Assembly (NCBI GenBank): GCA_023645945.1
Contig: JALAIB010000010.1
Location: 1 to 52,004, forward strand
Direction of reading: 5' to 3'
DNA: 52,004 nt
Source of the DNA: Diploschistes diacapsis
Taxonomy: Eukaryota
In this document: one piece after another, positions 37,289 to 48,457 of the stretch
Position numbering within the stretch: the first letter of the stretch is position 1
Layout: the number at the start of each line of letters is the position of its first letter
Made by a program: the position numbers and the translations under genes
The notes under the pieces: generated by a model
Database searches by the model: none
What the model saw: the letters and a program-made list of their open reading frames with translations, nothing else
Told to the model about the DNA's origin: nothing

Positions 37289-37733
37289 AAGTCGAGACTT
37301 GTAGAGGATGAAGAGGAAGGATGAAAGTGTTTTAAAAGTGCAGGGAGTGGGGGGACCTTTATATGGATTTTTAACTCGGATCCCAATTCGGCGTGTTTTA
37401 CATTAACAAACATGGAGTGAATGCCACCTCCAGGCCCCAGCGCGTTTGCTGCTGCTGACAAGCGAACTGACGCGAATTGAAGGAATGACTCGCATAAAAG
37501 TCAATGTAAGAACGCATAGAGCAGCTGATCTCCGCAGTATGGAGGTCTCCAGAATTCCATTGCTGAATGTCCAGACCTTGGGCAGAACACTACTCGATCT
37601 CTAGATAATATTAACTTGGAGCGGATACCAGCTGGATTTTATTCATCACTAAACCTCCGATGCTAGGTAGTAGAACAAGCCTCGTTTGTAAACGGTATCA
37701 AGTAAAGACCATGTGCACCATTGTCCATATCTT

Positions 37734-40700
37734 CTACCGTAACGGACTCTCAAAGTACTCGATTCCTCTCCCTATTCCTCGTCGATTGGGCGTCTCAGGC
37801 CTGCTGTGTCCTTGCAACGTATCTGGAGTTTCTCTCCCTTCCAAGAAACTTGCCGGTACACGCAGCGTACCACCATCTACTCCGCGCTCACTCTTGGTTA
37901 AAACTTCTACTTCTCCGGGTGGCTTGTATCCCCACTTCTTACCTTCCCTGTATACTTCCTCCAGCATTGTGTCTATGATACCAGCATCCCGGAACTCTTC
38001 GAATTTTCGAAGTAGCTTTAGCGCCGTGTGTGCATCTTCGATACTGTCGTGGTTACCAAGCTGAACGTCTTCCTTGAGTAGATACCACGCTAAAAAACGC
38101 AGTGAGAGCTTTCGCTGACGGGCCTTGATGTAGAAGAGCTCGACGGTATCGAGCACCTGAGATTTTGGAATATGAATATTGATGGTTCTGAAATCCTTCG
38201 GCAGACCATGACCGACAAAGATGCAGCCGAGGTTGGAAAGTAGCCAGAGCTTCTTGTAGGCCACCTTAAGCGGCACTAGGTTATGCGGCGAATGTTGCGG
38301 GTCAAGGTCCCCCTTCTCGAGGCCCGAGTACCTAGTCAAGTAGTCAACGATATCTTCCCTTACTGTGATATAGTCGTTTATGAAGGGTACGCCCTCATCT
38401 TCTCCGCTACCACGGAGTACCGATACCCGGGCTAACCCAAGCCTAATTGGGCGGACCACCTCGCGATCTCCATCCGCTTTGACCTCAATTTCTTCCTGCT
38501 GTAGCTTAACGAATTCTGTATCGATTGCCACATAGGTACCCGAGCTCGGAGCTTCGGCCAATGGATCCAATACCTGACAATGCTGAAGCAGCCGGTTGCT
38601 AAAGACTCGTTAGCACATGCGGTTGCTTTGACGTAGAGACCGCTTACTTGATAGAGTAATCGGAGTACAGCAGAGACGTGTCTAGGTTCGCCTTCCAGGT
38701 GTCGTCGACAGCTTGCCTCGCCGTAGCGACTTGAAAAGCGACGATTGCAGGCAGCTTCCAGGAAGACGGGAAAGTTAGGGCATCTTCCCTTGGGACCTTT
38801 CGAACAAGGAAGTCATTGAACAAATGCCAATTAGAACACTCGGCGCTCGAGGTTGTAGAGATGTCGGCTGCACGAATAATCAGTGATTGGGTAAGCAGGC
38901 TCTCGATCGGACCAACCATTGATGAGCGATACAAGGTGTGATTTCTGATGCTCTGTACTGCTGACATCCACTAAAACTCCCACTAGATCGTAAACTTTGA
39001 TAATGTGCATGCCTTTCTCGAGATGTAATCGCAGGTCTTCCCCTTCAAAGCAAAAGAATTTGCCATTATCCACAATGACGCCAATCGAATCAGGCAGCCA
39101 ACCGGGGACAGCCCAGTACTGCCGTGCTTCGGGGGATTTCAGAGCGGCGTTGATCATAAGCACATCTGGCATCTTTCGCACCCCTTTGCGTGTTGCAAGC
39201 TGCTGGTACCGACGGCATTTGTCGCACCAACCGCGTGTCTGAGTCTGCAACTCCATGCTTGCTTTGAGCACTTGAGAGAACGTAGGAATGGGGTGTCGGT
39301 GCCTGTGATTTGGCGAATGGGTTTGCTGGTACGTGAGATCCGTAATGTAACCACCACCGGGTCGGACCGTTTCGTTGTGACAATGAACGCAGCGTATGCT
39401 CGTCACAGCGTCGACAGCGAGTGTCTGCTCAAATCCTCCAAGAGAGGGCGTAATCCGCCTGTAATCGTCGGCGGTATGTGAGAGAAGGAACCTGCAAGCC
39501 GACTGTATCATGTCCGCAAGAGCAGTTCCTTGACTGTTCTCTTCCAGCAAACCCATTCTGTTTGCTTGGGGTATGCTACTGAATGCTTTGAGAAAATTTG
39601 TTGCTTGACAATTCTGGCCTTCGGCCTTCTCCAAGGTATCGAACAGAAATCCAAGCTCACACAAAAGACACGTATCATTCATACAAGAGGTAGCGGTGTG
39701 ATGCAGAGCGAGATTTCGAAACAATGGCGTAAATTTCAAAAGTTGCAACAGAGGATTCGTGTATGAGTTGGGAATATGGGTCTCAAGTCCCGAGTACCGA
39801 GTCTTATTGTAAAACTCAAAATCGAAGTCGTCTACACCAAACTTACTGTACTTGATCTCAACATTCCGATAGATGATTGGGACGTCTGATTTCGTGGGAT
39901 TTTCCAGCAAGACCTGAGCAAGAGCGTCCTGCAGCTCATCTTCCCTGCGATCGATCTCCTGGTCACGCTCCGATTCCCGCGCTTTCTCGCTCAGAAACTT
40001 GGGAGCAGTGATACTCGAGCCGTTCGTTTCCGGAGCCCGTGTCTTTTCGGCTTGATTTCGGTGGCCCTTGCGTGGATTGGGAGCCCAAAGACCAACTTCG
40101 TTCTGACGAGCAATTTTAAGTATCGCAGGATCTATCTTGCCCCGAGGATCTCCAATCTCGAAAAGGAGATTATTCGACCATGCTGAAAGCAATTGCTCCC
40201 GATAGTATGGCATACCGACGGTACTAAGCGGGCTGGATCGCGTTAGTTAGCGTTTCCGAGCCACGCATATGGGCAACCCACACATCTTGACTAACTTCTA
40301 GGAGCGGTACAGGTTCAGCTACGTCGCCCCAATCAGGAGCAGCGTTGGAGAACTCTGCAAATTGCAGCTTGGAGGGAGAGCCCCATAGATGTACGAAGCC
40401 GTCAGCGTCTGCAATGGCCAGAGCTTCGCCAGAAGGAGCCAGAATGAGGCCCGACATGTAGGTAGATATGTTGGCTTGCCTAAGATTCACGGTATTGGAG
40501 TTCATCAGGTCAACAACCTGAAGCTGTCCGCCTTGGGACGCTAGGATACAGGTGGTTGACATTTTCGGATGCATCTGGACATGGGCAGCACCGGCATGAA
40601 AAGGTATAGGTGGAAGCTGCACCATTGCTCTTAGGTCGTAGACGTTCGCAAGGCCAGCAAGCATAGGCGTGCCCTGTGGACGATTAACCCAACCACAAGT

Positions 40701-41534
40701 CACCAAGTAGTTATTCCTGGCGTCCATGTCACATATACCGACATTGTTTGTCGACAAAGTGTTGACAACGCGAAGATTATCCGCATCAAGCAAGTTGACC
40801 GATCCGTCGGTGGTAGCTGCACAGATGTACTTGCTATGCTTCATCATCACATATTCATGTGTCGTGCTAATCTATTCCGAGTCAGCTTTCACTAACAGAA
40901 CATGGCGGGTCATCAAGACCTTCTCAACAACGCGACCCTTTTCCGTATCCACTTTCAGCATAATGCCTTGACAGCCAGCGGCAATGATATAGCCATGATC
41001 CTTGCCGACAAAGCTCATGCATCGCAAGTCTCTCATGGCCTCGTCCCTGGGCTATGTAAGCATCACTTCGGTGAGTGCATGGGCGGTGCGTACGTGAGGT
41101 GCCATATCGTCACACCACGTCGGGATGCTAGATGGATACTGGTGGGCGCAACCGAAACGATCCCCCGCTCGTGAAACAGCAATTGTTTGACGGGACCTTC
41201 ATCTGAAGGATGCCCTCGGTATGAGGTGTATCTTCGTAGGTCAGGTCCATAGAAGGAGGTTATTCGGCCCTTGTATACCAGTCAACAGAAAGCTCAATCT
41301 GCCTCCTCACCGGGGCACTCACGTACTCGTTACCAAGCCAGAGCAGCTCTTGCAGTGTGTCGAAGGCAAGAGTGCTGGCAGGCGTTGGGAGATCATGGGT
41401 TGAAGGAGGCGGAATGGTAACACGATTAATCTGTGAAGAAGCACGGCATCAGTATTCATGAATCCAGCAACGACAATGCAGTGCGGCGCCGCTATGGTTG
41501 GATGCTTACTTACCTCATCCCAGTCGGCCTCCAT
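37734..41534 (-). CDS. PAN2: PAN2-PAN3 deadenylase catalytic subunit Pan2 (WD40 + pseudo-UCH + DEDDh nuclease), ~8 exons
   Basis: Starts MEADWDE (41534-41514). Further exons ~41430-41323, 41269-41094, 41046-40920, 40871-~40284, ~40232-38918, ~38868-38648 and ~38599-37734. Motifs [45 protein letters not shown] and [11 protein letters not shown]. Confidence 0.95.
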
Positions 41535-41997
41535 GACGACCTCTTAAGTATAGATGAGTTCAGCCATTCGGCAAGCCCACGCACATGCTGACGCTCCAAG
41601 AGCAAAATAACAACTCCACAACAATGCTGTGCTGGTAAAGCAGCTCGGGCTGTGTTGAACATCGGAAGGGGTTCAACATGGTCACGGTGAATGCTGAGGA
41701 TTTCGTAAGGGAAGCGCAGCCCCCACGAGAGTTACTACTATTTCCCTACCCGGGTATGTTAACCGAGCGGGCAAACCCTATCACCTCTGACAGCGGCCAA
41801 AGGAACTTGGACTTCGAGTGGGACTGGTCGTCGACTGCCTGCTTGTCTGCCTATTTTGCCCAAAGCACAATGTAATAAGAATGTACAAGCTTATAAGGCT
41901 ATGCTTATTGGAAGCTCTTTAAGACAAAACATCAGCTTCCTCTTTCTTGCCACCTTGCAGCCCTTTTTCAAGCCGCATCAAGAGTCCTTGGATCATC

Positions 41998-43015
41998 ATG
42001 CCGAAACAGTATTTGACCGATGCTCAATCCTTTGGCGAACATTTGAAGAGGTCGACACGGATCCTTGCACTCCTAGGTGCAGGACTCTCGGCCTCTTCTG
42101 GCCTGCCAACTTTTCGAGGTGCGGGAGGTATATGGAGAAATCACGATGCTGTAGACTTAGCTACCCCTGAAGCGTTCGACGAGGATCCAGCCCTAGTTTG
42201 GCAATTCTACAGCTATCGAAGGCATATGGCTCTGAACGCGAAGCCGAATAAAGCTCACTGGGCGTTAGCAGAGTTGGCGAAGAGGAACAAGCATTTCATA
42301 ACTCTCTCTCAAAACGTGGACGGTAAGCTGTGCGGTATCTGACGTGCAGGCTAAGCTGCTAGCCGCTAAGTTGAAGCCAGGCCTGAGTCCTCGAGCTGGA
42401 CATCCGGCGAGGCAATTGCACCTTTTACATGGCTCTCTATTCGATGTAAAGTGCAGCGGATTTTACTGCACGCATGTTGAAAAGGATGACTTTACGGACC
42501 CAATCGTGCCTGCCCTTGCCATCCCCACGGATGCGCCTCAGCCTTTACCAGGTTCGACTACAGATGGCTCAGAAGCAGCCAACTCGCTAATGGCGGCTAT
42601 GAGGCACCAGGTCGCTGGAAGGGAACTCGACCTATCGAATGCCAGCGTACCTCTTGCACGCATCTCTCCCGAGCAACTCCCTCGGTGTCCAAAGTGCCAT
42701 AACCTCACGCGGCCAGGAGTGGTATGGTTTGGTGAAAGCCTGCCAACGGACACCATACATGCCGTGGATACATTTATCGCCGAGTCCGGGTTCATCGATC
42801 TGATTCTCGTGATAGGCACTAGTGCAAAGGTCTACCCAGCAGCCGGGTATGTCGATGTTGCAAGGAAAAAGGGGGCGCGAGTGGCAGTTGTGAACATGGA
42901 CGCTGCAGACATTCCGGGCGGAGCCAGAGGTTTGACGGATAGGGACTGGTTTTTCGAAGGTGATGCCGGAGTTATCATCCCAGAGATTCTGAAACCAGTG
43001 ATTGGCGAGGTATAG
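41998..43015 (+). CDS. NAD-dependent protein deacylase, class III sirtuin (SIRT5/CobB-like), 2 exons
   Basis: Exons 41998-42322 and 42381-43015 (intron GTAAGC..CAG). Motifs GAGLSASSGLPTFRG, QNVDGL, LHGSL, CPKC, RPGVVWFGE and GTSAKVYPAAG. YSYR fits the Tyr-x-x-Arg succinyl/malonyl-binding signature. Confidence 0.92.
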
Positions 43016-43967
43016 CGTCACCCCCTTCTTCCACCCGTACAATATTAAGAATAACCTGCATACCCAAGTACCTCTTCCACCACTGTATGGGCCTTACAAG
43101 AGCTCGAAAGATGCTTTAGATCGATCTTATGGAAGAGCTTCAAGTATCCCAGATGTGTTTTATGGGTTGACCTGAAGCATCTCATAAGCTTTTGTGTTGG
43201 CATAAAGTGGAAACCGAATGTTCAAACTATTATTAATAGGTATTGCCTGCCACCCTTCTCGAACTGAGTAGGTGCGACAGAAGGTTCGGAGAGTTTAGGG
43301 TTGGACGGGAAAACATCGGGACACTTTTCGAGGGCCTGGAAGCGGGCAAAGTATGGTGGGTAGTGGGCTATTTAAGTTCAAGTTGTTAGGTTGGGCACAG
43401 CTGAATAATGGATAATTGACCGACTTTTCGTTGTTGTCGAGCACTGTGAATCCTCTCTATTTTTCTTTGATTTTCCATGTCCAATATCGCATTAAGTGTG
43501 TCAGTGCCGAAGATAAGCGAGAGAGCCCACTCAAGGCACTGAGGCGACGATCGATATTGAGCCTCGGCGCTTGTTTTGAGCCCTCCATAAACCATATTCA
43601 ACTAACCGGAGTAAAAGTCCTTCAAGGTTTGCCCCGCATATACAGCGTTGTGACTACTACGACAACTATGACAAACAGCGTGTTATTTGCTGGAGGGCAG
43701 TTTCCATTCAACATGTCCATTGACATTCACCTGGGCCTTCTTCACACGCTCTCAGTTTCCATGGTCCGAGAACAGCACGCACAGGCCATTATGTCATTGT
43801 TGCAGGAGACGCCCCATCTCAAAGCCGCTTTATCGTCTCCATGGTCCGCTGCTGTCCTTTACCTCGCACCAGACTCTCCACAGCCTCCTCTAGATTTTCG
43901 CTCTGCCCGGCCTCAGCCAGCTATCCGCTCGCACACCCCTCACAAACCACTACCACCGGACGCGTCT

Positions 43968-43980
43968 CGGGGTAAGTCGG
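43968..43980 (-). promoter_or_regulatory. CCG-N7-CCG motif (AcuK/AcuM-type gluconeogenic activator site) upstream of the PEPCK core ORF
   Basis: Plus strand CGGGGTAAGTCGG is the reverse complement of CCG-N7-CCG. SYGGRG (CreA-type) hexamers lie nearby (43632 on minus, 43690, 43991). Confidence 0.4.
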
Positions 43981-44098
43981 AAAAGCCGCTCTGGGGCGTT
44001 GACGCCCGCTTTCTGCTTTCCAACGTTCCGTCGAGAAGCTGTACCGAGGATTGACGCTGAACAGCACATGTCAAGTACCTCCTGACTTCCCCACAACG

Positions 44099-46220
44099 AT
44101 GGCTACCTTCAGGAAGAAACTCGAAAACCAATCCGCTCGGGCATCTTCTCCAGGCCCATTGAGCAGCGACTTTGCCCGTCAGCAAGTGAACAAGCAGCAA
44201 AAAAACAACTATCACTCGTCATCGCTCAGCAGCATGAATGTCAACCAGACTATGCTTCACCCTCATGGGGTTACGTGAGTTCAGGTCCCAAACAGTTGCC
44301 GATGGCAAGGGCAATCGCACGTTCAATGTGGGTTAACTTTGGCCAGCCCCGTGGGTGGACACACTGAGCTCGAGGAGGAGCTCCACGAGATTGCTCATAT
44401 TGACTATGACCGCGTCGCCATCGTGAGAAGTGTTTAAATCCAAGCGATGCTTCAGTTGACACTAGAGCCAGATTGCCAATCCCTCGGTTGCCGCTCTCTA
44501 CGAAGACGCTCTCGTGTACGAGACTGGATCGGCTATAACAGCTACCGGAGCGCTAAGTGCGTACTCTGGCGCGAAGACGGGCCGCTCACCTTCGGATAAG
44601 CGAATTGTGAAGGAGCCAGAGTCCGAAAATGATGTCTGGTGGGGACCAGTGAACAAGCCGATGAGTCCACATGTGAGGCTGCTCCTGTCCCAAGAGCCAA
44701 ATGCAGCTTCAGGGCCGGCCGCTGTACCCATGGTGAACTGCACGGGTACAGGGCGGCCTTGAATGCTCTCTGCCTTGGGCCAGCTCCTGTCCCTGCTTAT
44801 GGAATGGAACCAACTTACACATCCTTAGATCTGGAAGATAAACAGAGAACGAGCGGTCGATTATTTGAACACAAGGAACCGTATCTATGTAGTCGATGGG
44901 TTTGCAGGATGGGACACCAATTACCGCATCAACGTACGAGTGGTCTGCGCTCGGGCCTACCATGCACTTTTCATGCGCAATATGCTCATCCGGCCATCGA
45001 GGGAGGAGCTGGAGCACTTCAAGCCCAATTACACAATCTACAATGCCGGTTCCTTTCCAGCAAATAGGTACACGACCGGCATGACTTCCGCGACATCCGT
45101 AGCGATCAACTTTGCAGAAAAGGAGATGGTTATCCTAGGAACCGAGTACGCCGGCGAGATGAAGAAGGGTATTTTCACAGTCCTGTTCTACGAGATGCCG
45201 GTGAAGCACAATGTCCTCACTCTACACTCTTCCGCCAATGAAGGCAAAAATGGTGACGTGACGGTCTTCTTCGGCCTTTCCGGCACCGGCAAGACGACGC
45301 TATCTGCAGACCCCAAGCGTGCCTTGATTGGAGATGATGAGCACTGCTGGAGCGACAACGGTATCTTCAACATCGAAGGAGGCTGCTATGCCAAGTGCAT
45401 TGGACTCTCCGCCGAGAAGGAGCCTGACATCTTCAACGCCATCAAGTTCGGCTCGATTTTGGAAAACGTGGTGTTCAGCCCCGAGAGTCGTGTGGTAGAC
45501 TATGAGGACTCAACATTGACCGAGAACACGCGATGTGCGTACCCGATCGAGTACATCGACAATATCAAATGGCCTTGCCTTTCCGAGAACCACCCGAGCA
45601 ATATTGTCCTCTTGACCTGCGATGCTCGAGGCGTGCTGCCACCCATCTCCAAGCTCACTCCCGCACAGACTATGTTCCACTTTATCTCCGGGTACACGTC
45701 GAAGATGGCCGGTACCGAGGATGGTGTGTCCGAGCCTCAAGCGACCTTCTCTTCCTGTTTTGCGCAGCCGTTCCTGGCCCTGCATCCGATGCGCTACGCC
45801 AAGATGCTTGCCGACAAGATCACCCATCACAAGGCCAACGCGTGGCTCTTGAACACTGGCTGGGTCGGAGCTGGCGCAACAACCGGCGGCAAGCGTTGCC
45901 CGTAGGTGTTTTGTGCCTTGAGATTCCTCGATGAAATGCTGACCGGTCCCAGGCTCAAGTATACCCGAGCCATCCTCGACTCGATTCATTCGGGCGAGCT
46001 AGCGAAGGCCGAGTACGAGACATACCAGACCTTCAACCTGCATGTGCCGAAGACGTGCTCGAATGTCCCCGACGAGCTGCTCAACCCTGCCAAATCATGG
46101 GGCGGCACCACTTCGTTCGAGGATGAGGTAATCAAGCTAGCCAAGCTCTTCGACGAGAACTTTAAGAAGTACTCGTCCGAGGCGACCGAAGAGGTCATCA
46201 AAGCCGGGCCAACCGTGTAA
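44099..46220 (+). CDS. PCK1: Phosphoenolpyruvate carboxykinase (ATP), AcuF/Pck1; 5 exons from ATG 44099, possible extra upstream exon from 43841
   Basis: Exons 44099-44274, 44347-44422, 44472-44672, 44829-45901 and 45953-46220. Motifs [24 protein letters not shown]-loop [25 protein letters not shown] and TENTRCAYP. Confidence 0.97.
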
Positions 46221-48457
46221 CCCTGCAGGAGAGAGTCATTTGAGATGGGTTCGCTGTACAAAGCTCGGTGGACATTTGGAAGGTTCCTCGGAGGTTGGGG
46301 TTCACCCCTAATCGAGAGCGCGCTCCAGCAGCTCATTCGAGCAAAGGCAAAAAAGTTGCATGTAAACCAAGCCAGTACGGGAAGTACTGTACAGAGTATT
46401 TGAACTACATATGTAGATTGAATTACGGGGAAACAGAACAGGGTTTCACTGGAAGCAACAGCTGGCTGGCAGCTGGCCATGTGCTTCACACATTGTAGAC
46501 GATTGCAGACCGAGCTTCTCCTCGGTCTCTTACTCAATCTGGTAATAGGGAATGGCCACGGCCTTGGGCTTCGTTCCCAGAAAGAAAAAGCCGGGGGGGG
46601 GGCGAGGGGCGGTATTTAGATAAATGCTACGCTGCGTCACAGGGATCCCCCCCAGAAGGCCAAAGCCAAGCTCTAAGAGAGGAGAATATGGGCAAGTGAA
46701 CGTATGGAGTATGGGACGGCACGCCCACGTGCGCGCGATGCCGTCCTATTCCCCCATGGGGGTTGGGTGATGTTGCTATTTTACGTAGAACAAGCAGGTT
46801 AAGACCGGGTGCAGTAGTACAGTCAGGTGCCAAAAGTAGTTAGGTACACCATAAGCGGCAGTAAAGAGTTGACTGTCTCTTTACTGCCGCTTATGGTGTA
46901 CCTAACTACTTTTGGCCTAGTACTGTAGTAGCCAATTCTCGTAAAGAGAAAGCGGGGCAAGCTAGCAGTTGGGCGCCAACAAGGGGGGCTGTACGTCTGG
47001 GGAGTTTGCTGGATAATTTTAATTCCGAGGCCGAGGCTAAAAGCCACGGATGCGGATCTCCCATACAGGGGACGAGCGGGAAGGCGGGATCGCCGCTGGG
47101 CAGCATGATCATCACCAGGGTTCCGGTGCCTTATTTTGGGCAGCCACTCGGAAGCTGGTTCACGTTCTCGAGGATAATTACTCTCTCTCCATATGCACAT
47201 TTTATGCAAAATTCGTCTAATTAGTAGGTTGCCCAATAATCTTAACGAGTCACGAGTCATGATGAGCCTCTGCTGCGAGCAATTGGCAACGTCATCCATC
47301 CCCATGTCCTTCGACTTAGCCGGCTGCAAACTAGCCACGACCTGGGCTATCCGATTGGCGCTGTAAAACCGGCGAAACCGCGAAAAGTCTACTCCATAGT
47401 CTATTACGACCGCCCCCCCCCTGCTTTGCCAATTATTGTTTTCAGACCAGAGACAATGCTGTGGCGTTTTAACGTGGGGGCCGACCGCCTTTGGCCTTCC
47501 CGTCGTTGCACCTGCATCTCGAGATGAGAAGGAGACGATCCGCATGGTTGGCAAAGATAGCCGAGAGTATGTATCCCAAGTACTTGGCAGTCTTACTTAC
47601 ACAGCTGAAGTTTACGAGAAGGACATTTTGCCGCAATGCCGTCTGACTCGCCCACATGGCGCCCCCAAAGCCACCGAGTCTGGTGGCTTTGGCAAAACCT
47701 TGGGAAACCATTCGTCTTCAGCTCTATAACCCGCTCCATCGTCGTCCAACTGCGTCCAACTGTTAAACCGAAGGCCAAAAACAGGGATTGATGAGCTGAG
47801 AAGAGTTGGGCGAGCTAATAGTTGGACGACGATGGAGATTGTACGCCTCTTTTTCGAACGTCTTACTTGCTTGCCCATTGTCTCCTCGGCCCTCACCACT
47901 ACTGTGTCCCCTTCTACCATGCCTGCCATGATCAATAGGGCGTGTTTCCAAGCGGCAATAGTCGAGCAGTGCTGCTGACTAACTTTATTCAGGCTAGGAT
48001 GCAAGTCCACCAGGATGCAGTCGGCTTGTTTCTCCCCTTGCCCAGAAGCCATGTGGTCCAAGAGCGGTCATGGCGCAGCTCCGGAAATGCTCCCACCGCG
48101 TGGATGCCGTCGTTCCTCGAGCTCGTGTTCTGGGCGTCGAAGTTTTGTACGAGACATATTTTGATATGTCGTGTCGATGTTTTTGATAGACCATGCTCTC
48201 TCTGCTCCAGGCACCCGCCTTAGCGTACTGCAATTTGCTGCAGGGTCGCACCTGTCCAGGGAGATTTGGATCTGCAGCCCCTGTCTTGGGGATGGATTCT
48301 CTGAGCGGGTCATAGGCTAGCTTTCAAAGTGGATCTGCTCTGGATGGGAGCTAACAGGGCACTTCTTCTTTTTTTTTATAAGCTCTCCCCATCGTCCGCC
48401 TCATACGATCCGGTTTTGGACTCCTTACGGTTTCCTCGAGACTAACAGCAGGCCAAG

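Noticed and set aside
37135..37461. 108-aa minus-strand ORF across the array (IYEQHLDL / IYEHDLDL)
   Set aside because: Non-ATG start, and repeat units shift frame, so the peptide repeats are a by-product of the DNA repeat.
23800..37700. Annotating the interval as a RIP-mutated transposon nest or an intact Starship
   Set aside because: Not strongly AT/TpA-rich by eye. No RT, integrase, transposase or DUF3435 motifs, LTRs or TIRs were recognised. Kept only as a hypothesis.
43416..44054. 212-aa ORF upstream of PEPCK
   Set aside because: TTG start, no motifs, and it overlaps the PEPCK promoter and upstream exon in another frame.
44673..44828. TPP riboswitch or snoRNA in the PEPCK intron
   Set aside because: No TPP aptamer consensus and no convincing C/D or H/ACA box arrangement seen.
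46823..48061. 243-aa and 149-aa minus-strand ORFs between PEPCK and the amine oxidase
   Set aside because: No domain signature or codon bias. The region looks like regulatory intergenic DNA.
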